Below are positions 1-9,809 of a DNA stretch of 64,000 bases, piece by piece. The notes under the pieces were generated by a model that had not been told where the DNA came from, ran no database searches, and was given only the letters and a program-made list of their open reading frames with translations. Origin of the DNA: an uncultured Desulfobacter sp. (lineage in GTDB: Bacteria; Desulfobacterota; Desulfobacteria; Desulfobacterales; Desulfobacteraceae); the NCBI GenBank assembly GCA_963665095.1, contig OY762069.1, positions 5,312,001-5,376,000 on the forward strand, written 5' to 3'. Within the stretch, counting starts at the first letter, position 1; each line of letters begins with the position of its first letter. The position numbers were made by a program, and so were the translations under genes.

Positions 1-1
1 T

Positions 2-1390
2 CTTGAAAGTTACAAAACAGCCGCAGAAACCACTGCAAATGACGATACAAAAATCCAGGCACTATTGTCCAAAGCCACACTTCTGACCTCGTTTCTGGAT
101 GCGCCGGATGAGGCCTTAAAAGTGTATCAGCAGATCAGCAAGGGTGGTACCGCATCTGCTGAAATGGCTCAGTACCGTGAGGGGCTTCTCTATTTTGATC
201 TTAAACGGTACAAAGAGGCTGACGCCACCCTCAGAGCCTACCTGAGAAAATACCCCAGCGGGCGGTTTCGTTTCCAGGCCGAGGCGGTCGCCGGAGAGGT
301 CGCCAAGATCCTCAAGACCGGGCCGGCCCCGGTTGTGCCCATTTCACCGATTTTGAAGCAGGCCCCCCGGGTGCGGATCCGTGTCTGTAACTCAAGGGGG
401 AATGCGCAGATTTCAGGCTCTTCAGTATGCGTCCAGGGACTGGGCTGTCAAAAACAATTCAGCCTCGGGATGAGCAACGGTAAACTTACGGTTAACGGCG
501 CCCCGATATCCGGTGCTTTCGTCACCTTTACCGGCAAAGATCCTTTGACCATTGCCTGCGGCGGCAAAAATAAGCGCCTGCGCGGAGATCTGCAGGCCCG
601 GATTCACAAAGGCAAGCTTCTGGTTATCAATGTGCTGGATATTGAGGAATATCTGTACAGTGTGGTACCGTCGGAAAATCCCGCGTCCTGGCCCCTGGAA
701 GCCCTTAAAGCCCAGGCCGTGGCAGCCCGGACCTATGCCTATTACCAGCTTCTTCACCGGAAAGACTGGGCCTATGACCTGGTTGATTATGCCGGGGATC
801 AGGCCTATGAAGGCATGGCCAAGGAGCACAAGAATACTGCCAGGGCTGTTGATGAAACCCGGGGCATGGTTCTGACCTACGACGGGAAGCCGATACTGGC
901 CATGTTTTCAGCCAACAGTGGCGGGTATACAGCAGACTCTAAAGCTGTTTTTGATTTGAAAAAGCCCTATCTGATTGCCCGAAGTGATCCGGCAAGTCTG
1001 CATGGCAGCATGGCCAGCTGGACCAGAAAATATCCCAGGGTCAAAGTTGTTGCCGCACTGTCCAAAAGGGGGATTAACGCCACAGGCCTTGAATCCATTC
1101 AGAGCGTGGAAAAAGGACCGTCAGGAAGGATTATTAAGATTCGCCTTGTCAGGAAGGACGGATCTACTATGGTGCTGCGCAATCGGCCTACGCTGCGCAG
1201 GGCCCTGGATCTGCCGGAAATCCTCTTTGATGTTCACAAACAGGACGATATTTTTGTTTTTGAAGGCCATGGCTGGGGCCATGGGGTGGGCTATTCCCAG
1301 TGGGGATCGGCCCATATGGGAAAAACTAAAAACTTCCAGGAAATACTTGCCTTTTATTACGATCAGGCACGGATAGACAAATTGTGGTGA
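2..1390 (+). CDS. SpoIID/LytB-domain lytic transglycosylase-like protein with N-terminal TPR-like helices (5' truncated by window edge)
   Basis: Frame is open from base 2. Motifs LINVLDIEEYLYSVVPSE, EALKAQAVAARTYA and GHGWGHGVGYSQWGS are typical of SpoIID/LytB; TPR-like AQYREGLLYFDLKRYKEA near the start. Confidence 0.88.
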   Translation, partial: LESYKTAAETTANDDTKIQALLSKATLLTSFLDAPDEALKVYQQISKGGTASAEMAQYREGLLYFDLKRYKEADATLRAYLRKYPSGRFRFQAEAVAGEVAKILKTGPAPVVPISPILKQAPRVRIRVCNSRGNAQISGSSVCVQGLGCQKQFSLGMSNGKLTVNGAPISGAFVTFTGKDPLTIACGGKNKRLRGDLQARIHKGKLLVINVLDIEEYLYSVVPSENPASWPLEALKAQAVAARTYAYYQLLHRKDWAYDLVDYAGDQAYEGMAKEHKNTARAVDETRGMVLTYDGKPILAMFSANSGGYTADSKAVFDLKKPYLIARSDPASLHGSMASWTRKYPRVKVVAALSKRGINATGLESIQSVEKGPSGRIIKIRLVRKDGSTMVLRNRPTLRRALDLPEILFDVHKQDDIFVFEGHGWGHGVGYSQWGSAHMGKTKNFQEILAFYYDQARIDKLW

Positions 1391-1399
1391 TATTCAGGA

Positions 1400-3646
1400 A
1401 TGAACAGTATGCAGATTAGTATGAAACCGGCTTCCCAATTTTTCCCAGAACCGTTGACCATGGCCAGAAAGCTTGTCTTTGTTATTCTGCTTCTTTTCCT
1501 GGTCCTGTCCACAGACAGCAGCTTTGGCATAAGTCAGTCACTGGCCCAGAATATCGACACCCGCAAAGAAATCCAGGCGCTTCTGCAGATCCAGGAACGA
1601 CTCACAGGCGTCAACCGTCTTATCGCCAGAGAATCCCTGCTGGCCGATCAGGAAGGCCGGACACCGGATACAGCACTGCTTCAGGACTTGCGCTTTACCT
1701 ATCAGCGTACTCTCAATGCCATAAAAAAAAATATGAGTATGGCCGAACAGGAGGCCAGACTGAAGCAATCCATGGAAAGTGGTCAGGCGTATCGTGTGGA
1801 TAGCAGGGATGCGCACTCCCTGGGATTTTACGATAGTCTCCTGGACCGGCAGTCAACTGTGTCCCGGAAGGTCAGCCTTTTAAAGTCCTCAGCGGAAAAG
1901 ACAGCAGATGCCCTGGATGCTGCCCGGGCAGATCTGGCTGAGGCCGAGCAGACCTGGCGCAGGATCAAGGAAGAGGTGAAAGCCGAAAAAGGCGGTGATG
2001 CAGAAAACGATCCCCGTTATCTGCGGGCGCAATGGGGCAGGGAGTTGGCCCAGGCCAGGCTGGATCTTCTCAGTGTCAATCGTAAGGGAATTGAAACGGA
2101 TCTGGTGCTGGCAGGGCTGAAACAAAAAATCGCTGACCAGATGACGGAAAAGATACGCCAGGGACTCTCTTTTAAACCGGCCGCCCTGGAACAGGAAATT
2201 GCCCGCCTTGCCGGTGAAAAAGTTGACCTTGAACTGCGTTTGCAAAAGATCCTTGATGGTCAGAAAGCGTTTGAATCCGCCTGGCAGCAGGAGCAGTCAT
2301 CTGCTGCCGAAGATATGGCTGACAAGGCGTTTAAGGCACGTGAATCCTGGCAGGATACCTATGAGACAGCGCTTCAGCGAATTGAGCAGATAACCTATCA
2401 GCTCAATACCCAGGAAAAACTTTGGGGGTTTCGCTATTCCCTTCTGGAAGGAAAAATCCAGCAGAAGGCTTTGAATGAATGGAAAAAGGAGGCAGCCCAG
2501 ATTCAACAGCAGGTGCAGAACAGTGTAAGTCCCCTGCAGACCTGGCAGGCCAACCTGCACACTCAGATAACTACCCTGGAAAGGAGTATGGACAGCGTTG
2601 GCGGCAACGATACCAGATATCCGGCGTTTCAGCTGCAGGCGTTGAAAATGGCCAGTGAGTTTGGGGAGCAGTATCTATCCACGCTTCTGGCAACCGGACA
2701 GCTGGCAAATCGTCTTTTAAATGAAATTGCCCTGCGCAGCGATGATGCGACCCTGGTTGAAAAAATTAAAGCCAGACTCTTTGAGTTTAAGGATCTATGG
2801 CATTTAGAGCTATGGGTCATTGATGAAAACGGCGTGACCGTTAAAAAAGTCGTCACCGCCCTTGGTATCCTGATTGCCGGCCTGTTTTTTGTCCGGATCC
2901 TGATTCGGCTGCTCTCCCGCCGGCTTAAAAAAACAAAAATGGACCCTGGTGCTGTGGCCGCCCTGGAGAAGCTGACCTTTTACCTGGGCGGTATTCTGGT
3001 GGTTCTTTTTTCCCTGCACACGGTGAATATTCCACTCACCGCCTTTACCTTTTTAGGGGGGGCCATTGCCATTGGTTTAGGGTTCGGTACCCAGAACCTG
3101 ATCAACAATCTGATCTCCGGATTCATTATCATGGCGGAACGCCCCATCCGCATCGGTGATGTCATTGAAGTGGACAGTACCCTTGCAGTGGTGGAGGAAA
3201 TCGGTGCCCGCTGTACAAGAATAAAGACTGTGGAGAATATCCATATCCTTGTGCCCAACAGCCATTTTCTGGAGCAAAGCATCACCAACTGGACCCTGTC
3301 GGACAGGGCCATTCGCTTAAATATTTCAGTGGGGGTTGCCTATGGGTCTCCGATAAACAAGGTGCATGACCTGCTGGTGGAGGTGATGCAGGATTTCCCC
3401 TTTATTATGAAAAAACCGGAGCCCTATGTCGTTTTCACCGATTTCGGGGACAATGCGCTTGCGTTTGAGCTGCGTTTCTGGGTCAGGGTGAAAGGGGAGC
3501 CGGAGATGGCACGGACAACGAGTAAGGTGCGGTTTAAAATTTACGAGGTATTAGAAGACAATGACATTGTCATTGCCTTTCCCCAGCGGGATGTTCACCT
3601 GGATACAGCCTCACCGTTAAAAATTCAGTTTCTGGATAAACAATAG
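1400..3646 (+). CDS. MscS-family mechanosensitive channel with long coiled-coil N-terminal region (MscK-like)
   Basis: C-terminal GLGFGTQNLINNLISGFIIMAERPIRIGDVI, VGVAYGS, FTDFGDNAL and IAFPQRDVHL motifs. True start may be 1460. Confidence 0.9.
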   Translation: MNSMQISMKPASQFFPEPLTMARKLVFVILLLFLVLSTDSSFGISQSLAQNIDTRKEIQALLQIQERLTGVNRLIARESLLADQEGRTPDTALLQDLRFTYQRTLNAIKKNMSMAEQEARLKQSMESGQAYRVDSRDAHSLGFYDSLLDRQSTVSRKVSLLKSSAEKTADALDAARADLAEAEQTWRRIKEEVKAEKGGDAENDPRYLRAQWGRELAQARLDLLSVNRKGIETDLVLAGLKQKIADQMTEKIRQGLSFKPAALEQEIARLAGEKVDLELRLQKILDGQKAFESAWQQEQSSAAEDMADKAFKARESWQDTYETALQRIEQITYQLNTQEKLWGFRYSLLEGKIQQKALNEWKKEAAQIQQQVQNSVSPLQTWQANLHTQITTLERSMDSVGGNDTRYPAFQLQALKMASEFGEQYLSTLLATGQLANRLLNEIALRSDDATLVEKIKARLFEFKDLWHLELWVIDENGVTVKKVVTALGILIAGLFFVRILIRLLSRRLKKTKMDPGAVAALEKLTFYLGGILVVLFSLHTVNIPLTAFTFLGGAIAIGLGFGTQNLINNLISGFIIMAERPIRIGDVIEVDSTLAVVEEIGARCTRIKTVENIHILVPNSHFLEQSITNWTLSDRAIRLNISVGVAYGSPINKVHDLLVEVMQDFPFIMKKPEPYVVFTDFGDNALAFELRFWVRVKGEPEMARTTSKVRFKIYEVLEDNDIVIAFPQRDVHLDTASPLKIQFLDKQ

Positions 3647-3655
3647 GGGATTGAT

Positions 3656-5035
3656 ATGCGAAAGATATTATATTTTTTTCTGTTAGTGGTGATTTTCGGG
3701 CTCTGCTCCTCCGTTGTACATGCTGATTTCAAAAAGACCAAAATTGCGGTTCTGGATTTCCAGGTGCAGGGTCGTTTTGACAACCCGGATATGGGGGCCA
3801 TTGTTGCCGAATGGTTTATCACGGCCATGGTGCGGGAAGGCCGTTTTGATGTGGTTGAGAGGCGGCTCCTTGCGAAAGTGCTCAAGGAGCAGGAACTGGC
3901 CATGACCGGGGCCATTGATGTCAACAGCGCTTCACAGATCGGCAGGCTCCTTGGGGTCAAAACCATCATTTCCGGTTCCGTTATGAAGTTGCAGGATATC
4001 CTTGAAATCAATGCCAGAATTATTGATGTGGAAAGCGGATCCATTATTGCCGCAGAAAATGTCAGAAGTACAACTGCCACGCAACTGCACGATCTGGTGG
4101 ATGCGATGTCAAAAAAGATCATTCATAATTTCCCCCTGGAAGGATATATCGTCTATCGTAATAATGATAACGTTACCCTTGACCTGGGAATGAATTCGGG
4201 CGTTAAAAAAGGCATGACCTTTATGGTGTATAAAGAAGGGGAGGTGATCAAACATCCGAAAACAAATGAAATCCTGGATGTAAAACAGATTCGGACGGGA
4301 ACGGTGAGCATATTTAATGTGGGGGAAAAGATCTGTGAGGGGACGATTACCGAAGAGGCCTCTCCGGGGGCAGTTGATTACGGTCAGATGGTGAAAAGTA
4401 TCACCGCAACCCTCCCCGGAGAGCCACGACTATTTGTGGATACCTCTCCGGAGGATGCCAGGATTCGGATTCTTAACATTACTCCCAGGTACCAGCGGGG
4501 CATGATCCTTGACCTGGGACGATACCATGTTGAGGTGTCAGCGCCGGGTTATGAAACCGCCTATTTCTGGGTGAGTCTGGATGCAAAAGAAGATAAGCAT
4601 ATTTCCATCAGCCTGGTAAAAAGTATCTCTTCCCCTGCACCTCAGCCGGCTCAAATTCAGGCTGAAAGCAAACCCTATGTGTCTCCTGCCCCGGCCACAC
4701 CCCAGTCGACAGCCCTGAACGCTACCCAGAAAAACTATGTCAAGATGCTTACCTCCCGGTCTCTGGCAGATAAAAAACGTGCTGCCAAGCTGATGACCCG
4801 GGCCAAGTATTCCGATACAAAGGTACTGGATGTTGCGGAGGACGAGTTGCTGAAAGGATATCCCCGGGCCGAAACAGACAGACAGATGGTGGATACCATG
4901 TCGTGGTTATGCAATGCCCTGGGCGCTTCCGGAAATAGCAAATACCGGGGGACTTTGGGGGAGGTTGCCAAGAACAGCAAGCATAGAAAGCTGAAAGGTT
5001 ATGCAGAGAAGAATTATAAGCAGCTAGGCAAGTAA
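3656..5035 (+). CDS. Exported protein: CsgG/FlgO-like N domain, FlgT C-terminal-like domain, PEGA-like domain, helical C-terminus
   Basis: Signal peptide; KIAVLDF...FDVVERRLL...ARIIDVESG (CsgG/TolB-N-like); VTLDLGMNSGVKKGMTFMVY...HPKTNEILD (FlgT_C-like); LFVDTSPEDARI...GRYHVEVSAPGY (PEGA-like). Confidence 0.65.
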   Translation: MRKILYFFLLVVIFGLCSSVVHADFKKTKIAVLDFQVQGRFDNPDMGAIVAEWFITAMVREGRFDVVERRLLAKVLKEQELAMTGAIDVNSASQIGRLLGVKTIISGSVMKLQDILEINARIIDVESGSIIAAENVRSTTATQLHDLVDAMSKKIIHNFPLEGYIVYRNNDNVTLDLGMNSGVKKGMTFMVYKEGEVIKHPKTNEILDVKQIRTGTVSIFNVGEKICEGTITEEASPGAVDYGQMVKSITATLPGEPRLFVDTSPEDARIRILNITPRYQRGMILDLGRYHVEVSAPGYETAYFWVSLDAKEDKHISISLVKSISSPAPQPAQIQAESKPYVSPAPATPQSTALNATQKNYVKMLTSRSLADKKRAAKLMTRAKYSDTKVLDVAEDELLKGYPRAETDRQMVDTMSWLCNALGASGNSKYRGTLGEVAKNSKHRKLKGYAEKNYKQLGK

Positions 5036-5165
5036 AACCGCTTTGGCGGTATCCAAAGGCCTGCTTTTATCATTTATATAAAGTCTCAATAAGTTGTTGG
5101 GATACTTTCATGCGTTGTTGTGGGCGCAAGCCTGGCAATTGATATGACAGGTCAGCCCATGGCTG

Positions 5166-6452
5166 TCATTCCGGATAAAGACGACTTTCAAGTCCAAGTC
5201 CATAGGCCACACTGGTAAATGCATCAGAGGTCCTGATTTTTTCATATCCCCATCGTGATTCAAATACAGCCCGGATACCTGGTATATAAGAGGTGCCGCC
5301 GGTGAGGAAAACGGCATCAATACGGTCCGGGCTGATACCGGCATCAGCGAGGGTCTGATCCACGCAGGTGCCGATTTTTTCAACGAGATCCTCAATCATC
5401 TGTTCAAACTCATTTCTTTGAACCGGCTCCTCAATGTTAATATTATAGTCATTGAAAGAAACGGTACTTTCTTCATGGTCGGACAGACGGCATTTGGCTG
5501 CCTCAATGGCCTTGAACAAAAGATAACCGTAATTATCCTCAATCAGATGCTCAAGATTTTCCAGAAGCCGTTTGTCTCTCAGGCCGGCACAGACTTTCAG
5601 CTCCTTTATATTCTCCAGGGTTTTGGGCTGTCGGAGCCATGGGATACGGTGCCATTGCAGAAGATGGGTTAAAACCAGGGGGGACAGGCCTGTCAGGTTG
5701 TCACTGAACATGGATTTTACCTGAACCTGGGTGCCGTAATACCGGGCTACTTTGTGGCGCATGATTCTGGCGTCAAAATCATCACCGCCGTTATATAAGC
5801 CGCCCACGGACAGGATGCTTTGTGCCGGAGGGAAAGGACGGCTGCGATTCCCCACCTTGAGAACGGTAAAATCTGAGCTGCCGGCACCAAAGTCTCCCAC
5901 CAGTACAATCTGCTCTTCATTATCGGGTAAACTGGCTTCATAGGCCCGGGCTGCGGCCACCGGTTCCATTTGCAAATGGATCTCCTTGAACCCGGCAAGT
6001 TGTGCCGCCCGGATCAGGCGGTCCTGTGCGGTGCGTTCACGGATCTCTTCTGTTGAAAAAATCACCGGTCGACCCAGGATAACCCGATCAACCTCCCTGC
6101 CGATAATATTTTCTCCACGGGTTTTCATTGTTTTAAGGAGAATGGCGATGAGCTCTTCCAGGGTATAGCTTTTACCGTATACGGTTGTAGTTTTAAAAGA
6201 GGTGTCTGATAAAAAGGACTTAACAGACTGCATGTAGCGACCTTCAGCTCCGTTGTCAATATACTGTCTGACCCCTTCATGGCCCACAAAGGCCTTCGCT
6301 TTACCCTCTTCCTTGAAAAAATAGAGTATGGATTTCAAAGAGTTTGATATTGGATTGCCGGGATCAACGTCCAGGAGTCGTACCTGGTTGTCAAAATTTA
6401 CAGCCAATGCGGAGTTGGAGGTGCCAAAATCTATACCAAATGTGGGTCTCAT
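5166..6452 (-). CDS. yegD: Hsp70-family protein (YegD type)
   Basis: GIDFGTSNS, VILGRPVIFS, EPVAAA, VGDFGAGSSDF and VFLTGGTS motifs; 428 aa without substrate-binding domain. Confidence 0.85.
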   Translation of the reverse strand: MRPTFGIDFGTSNSALAVNFDNQVRLLDVDPGNPISNSLKSILYFFKEEGKAKAFVGHEGVRQYIDNGAEGRYMQSVKSFLSDTSFKTTTVYGKSYTLEELIAILLKTMKTRGENIIGREVDRVILGRPVIFSTEEIRERTAQDRLIRAAQLAGFKEIHLQMEPVAAARAYEASLPDNEEQIVLVGDFGAGSSDFTVLKVGNRSRPFPPAQSILSVGGLYNGGDDFDARIMRHKVARYYGTQVQVKSMFSDNLTGLSPLVLTHLLQWHRIPWLRQPKTLENIKELKVCAGLRDKRLLENLEHLIEDNYGYLLFKAIEAAKCRLSDHEESTVSFNDYNINIEEPVQRNEFEQMIEDLVEKIGTCVDQTLADAGISPDRIDAVFLTGGTSYIPGIRAVFESRWGYEKIRTSDAFTSVAYGLGLESRLYPE

Positions 6453-6708
6453 GGTCTTTCTTTACAAATATTTCCAGCATAACCGGATAAATAATGATTA
6501 AAAAAAACTTTATATTTACAGGATACTTAACCGTTTGAAAAGCCCCTGGTGAAAAATTTGTAAAAACAGAATTCTCTTCCCTTTGATATTGCCTTTCACA
6601 GTGCAAACATGGTTTAAAAAACAGGTTGAGTTCCATGGGCTTCCGGAATACAGACTTCTTAGACAGATCTGTTGAAAATAAGCTGAATCAATACCTGACA
6701 GGAGCATC

Positions 6709-7530
6709 ATGACAGAAGAAGAATTCAAAGAGATTACTTTTGATGGGTTTGAGCAGTACCGCTCGGCAAACAAAGAGGCTGATTACTGGATAGTTGACGT
6801 CCGGCAGGCGCGCGAATATAAGGCCGGCCATGTTCCCGGAGCCAGACTGATCCCCCTTAATACTTTAGGTAGCCGGCTGGCGGAAATTCCATTGGACAAA
6901 GATCTGTTTTTTTACTGCCGCAGCGGCGCCCGCTCTGAAGTGGCCGGCATTATGGCTGCTGAAAGCGGCAGGGACTGGGAGAAAACCTATAATATTACAG
7001 GCGGCTTTCGCTCACACCAGGGGCATTCCCTGGAAGGCGTTCCCCGCCTCCAGGTCTTTGACGAGAAAGAGAGCGAAAATAAACTGCTGTACCAGGCAAT
7101 GGAACTGGAAAAAGCAGCTGAACGGTTTTATGAAACAATTCTTTCATCTGCCCCGGAAGAAAAATTATCTGAAACCCTTGAAGTACTGGCAAAGGCAGAA
7201 AAAGTCCATGCCAGAACTATTTACAAATACTGGAAAGAAACAGTTGAAAAACCAGACCCGTTTGAAGATATCTATGGCAGGTTACAAGGCGATATTCTTG
7301 AAAATGGCCAGCCCCTTTCCGAAGTGACAGCCGCTATTCATGTCGGCGGAAAGCTGAGCTGGATTGACGTGATAGAAAGGGCATTATCCATTGAGATCCA
7401 GGCATATGACCTTTACCGGAGCATGGCAGACCGGCAAAGTGACAGCACCGCGCGGGATGCATTTCTCTCCATTGCCCAGATGGAGAAAGCGCATATGAAA
7501 ATGGTCGCTGGAATGGTCGGGGATGGTTAA
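6709..7530 (+). CDS. Rhodanese domain fused to rubrerythrin/ferritin-like domain
   Basis: IVDVRQAREYKAGHVPGA and YCRSGARS (rhodanese); AMELEK...AEKVH and ALSIEI...MEKAH (di-iron ExxH helices). Confidence 0.82.
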   Translation: MTEEEFKEITFDGFEQYRSANKEADYWIVDVRQAREYKAGHVPGARLIPLNTLGSRLAEIPLDKDLFFYCRSGARSEVAGIMAAESGRDWEKTYNITGGFRSHQGHSLEGVPRLQVFDEKESENKLLYQAMELEKAAERFYETILSSAPEEKLSETLEVLAKAEKVHARTIYKYWKETVEKPDPFEDIYGRLQGDILENGQPLSEVTAAIHVGGKLSWIDVIERALSIEIQAYDLYRSMADRQSDSTARDAFLSIAQMEKAHMKMVAGMVGDG

Positions 7531-7800
7531 AAGGATCATCAGAGTTAATTGGTCCACCGAGGTACAGAATTTAAAATTCAAAACTGGCAAAATATTCGTG
7601 AAGACTCCAGTGACAGTAGTCAATTCCAATGGCGTTATACCGATAATATAATAGTAAGTGGAAACAGGTAATTCTTTCCATCGCCGTTTCATCCCGGGGG
7701 AAAATCCTGCCCTGAAAATTCGAAATTTAAGAAGTTGTAAATGAGTTTCAATAAATATAATCTATTGAAATAATATCATTATTTTGCTTTTGCATTTACC

Positions 7801-7816
7801 TGGCATGATGGTTGCT
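7801..7816 (+). promoter_or_regulatory. sigma54 (-24/-12) promoter of fliK-flgD-flgE
   Basis: TGGCATGATGGTTGCT = GG-N10-GC consensus, 45 bp before the fliK ATG. Confidence 0.85.
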
Positions 7817-7860
7817 TTTTGTTGTGTGAAAGAAATTTACAAAACAATGAAAGGTGAATC

Positions 7861-9798
7861 ATGGCAACAGACGTTTCAGGCATAAATGACCTTCTGTCCA
7901 TCGGAACATCAGGTCTTCTTTCCGGAGGAACTGTTGTAGATGCGATGGGTGGCAGTGAAACGGTATCTGCGTTTCAGGGCCAACTGGACCAGGCCATGCA
8001 GCAGGGCCGGGAAAATGAAAGCGCCGGGGAGACCCTTTCTGTTTTGGATGACAGCGCAACAGAAGCATCCGATACGTCTATAGAGTTGGCTGCCGCGGAG
8101 CCATCGATGAAACGACCCGAGCTGGCCGGTAAAAAAGATGCTGGGCTGTCCACCATCGATAACGCCCGGGTGTATGTCAGGAAAGCCAAAGAGGCTTGTG
8201 AAGATCTGGAAACAGCCCTGGAGGAGAGTGCGGGCACACAGTTTCTTTCAGAGCTGAAAAGTTTTTTTCTATCCCTTTCCAATTGTGATCTGGACAATAT
8301 TTCTCTGGATGAGGACGGGCTTGAGGCCCTCGGAGACATGCTTGTCCAGGCTGGTTTTGATCAGGCTGCAGTGGAAGAGTTGATATCTGATCTGACCCTC
8401 ACCCTGGATGCCTCAAACGGAACTATCACCGTGTCCGAATTTATGGATAGTCTGTTTGATCTGCCGGCGGCGGATGAAGCGGATGTCACTGAGGCGGATG
8501 TACTCATGTCCACATCTGATCTGCCCTATATCCAGTCGCTGTTATCCATGATGGGTGTGGATGAGGAAAAAATTTCCGCGATCATGGATGAGGTATCCCA
8601 GGGTACGCGCGGATTTAATTTTGAAGCCTTTATTGAACAGCTTGAACAGCTTTTTGATGGGGCTGAAGAGACTGGTAGCTCGTATCTGGGCTCTCTTTTT
8701 CAAACGGATGCCAATGATGATTCATATGTCACCCTGCTTGAGCAGCTTGGCCTTGCCGCCTTTGTTGAGGAAGACGGACCCTTGACTTTAAGCCAGCTCA
8801 TTAATGCCTTTGAACAGAAATTTGACCAGCAGAAAGAGGATCTGGATTTGTCTGCTCAGGCGGATGATACGCTATCACTTTTTTCCGACACAGGTGCACT
8901 TTCAACAGACAGCGGCCGGCAGGCGCTTTTGAGCCAGTTGCTTTCCGGTATGCAGATTCAGGATTCTGCTCAAGAAAATATTCCGGCCAGCACCGTTGTA
9001 ACCACCGGATCGGATGCCATGACCCAGGAAATTCAGGATTGGTTTCAGACCAGTTTTCTCAACCAGGTCAAATCCTCTGATGCCACAACCCAGTCCATGG
9101 ATGTGGATACGGAGTTGAGTTTAGACCAGACGAACTCACTGTCAATGAATTACAGTGCTCAGAAGGAGGAACCGTCGCATATCCCCCTGAAGATCACCCC
9201 GCTTGAGGCCCCAGTGGGAGAAACTGCCGGTACCGGCACCTCCCAGCAGTCCGGAACCAGTAGTGGCACTGAAACGCAGACCCTGGTTTGGGGGGTGGAG
9301 ACATCCACCACGACCACCGGCGTAAATACATCCGGTACCCAGAAAGTCCACCAGGCCCTTTCCACCCTGCCTGATTTTGTTACCCGCCAGGTGGGAAAAA
9401 GTATTGTCCGGGCCGTCAGTACCGGTGATGACACCATCCGGATGCAGCTTAAGCCCCCTGAACTGGGGCGGGTGTATATGAGTATTGACCACAGCGGCAA
9501 CTCAATGAAGGTCAGCGTAATTACCGAACACCAGTCTGCAAAGGATATCCTGACGGCCAATGTCAATGAAATCAAGACCATCCTCTCCTCTTCGGGCATC
9601 AGCCTGGATAGTTTTGACGTGGATATGAGCAGTGATTTCAGGCAGTCCATGGCCGATGCCCGGGCCAAGGATCAGTCTGCGGGAAAGCGTCAGTCAAAAG
9701 ATGGGTCCGATGGGCAATCCCGGGAAGCCGATGCTGATAATTTAACTGTCCAGACCGCTGACATTTCTGACAGCGGATCTTTGCACTTTGTTGCATAA
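7861..9798 (+). CDS. fliK: Flagellar hook-length control protein FliK
   Basis: C-terminal IRMQLKPPELGRV...LSSSGISL domain; immediately upstream of flgD. Confidence 0.88.
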   Translation: MATDVSGINDLLSIGTSGLLSGGTVVDAMGGSETVSAFQGQLDQAMQQGRENESAGETLSVLDDSATEASDTSIELAAAEPSMKRPELAGKKDAGLSTIDNARVYVRKAKEACEDLETALEESAGTQFLSELKSFFLSLSNCDLDNISLDEDGLEALGDMLVQAGFDQAAVEELISDLTLTLDASNGTITVSEFMDSLFDLPAADEADVTEADVLMSTSDLPYIQSLLSMMGVDEEKISAIMDEVSQGTRGFNFEAFIEQLEQLFDGAEETGSSYLGSLFQTDANDDSYVTLLEQLGLAAFVEEDGPLTLSQLINAFEQKFDQQKEDLDLSAQADDTLSLFSDTGALSTDSGRQALLSQLLSGMQIQDSAQENIPASTVVTTGSDAMTQEIQDWFQTSFLNQVKSSDATTQSMDVDTELSLDQTNSLSMNYSAQKEEPSHIPLKITPLEAPVGETAGTGTSQQSGTSSGTETQTLVWGVETSTTTTGVNTSGTQKVHQALSTLPDFVTRQVGKSIVRAVSTGDDTIRMQLKPPELGRVYMSIDHSGNSMKVSVITEHQSAKDILTANVNEIKTILSSSGISLDSFDVDMSSDFRQSMADARAKDQSAGKRQSKDGSDGQSREADADNLTVQTADISDSGSLHFVA

Positions 9799-9809
9799 AG
9801 GAGGTAGGT

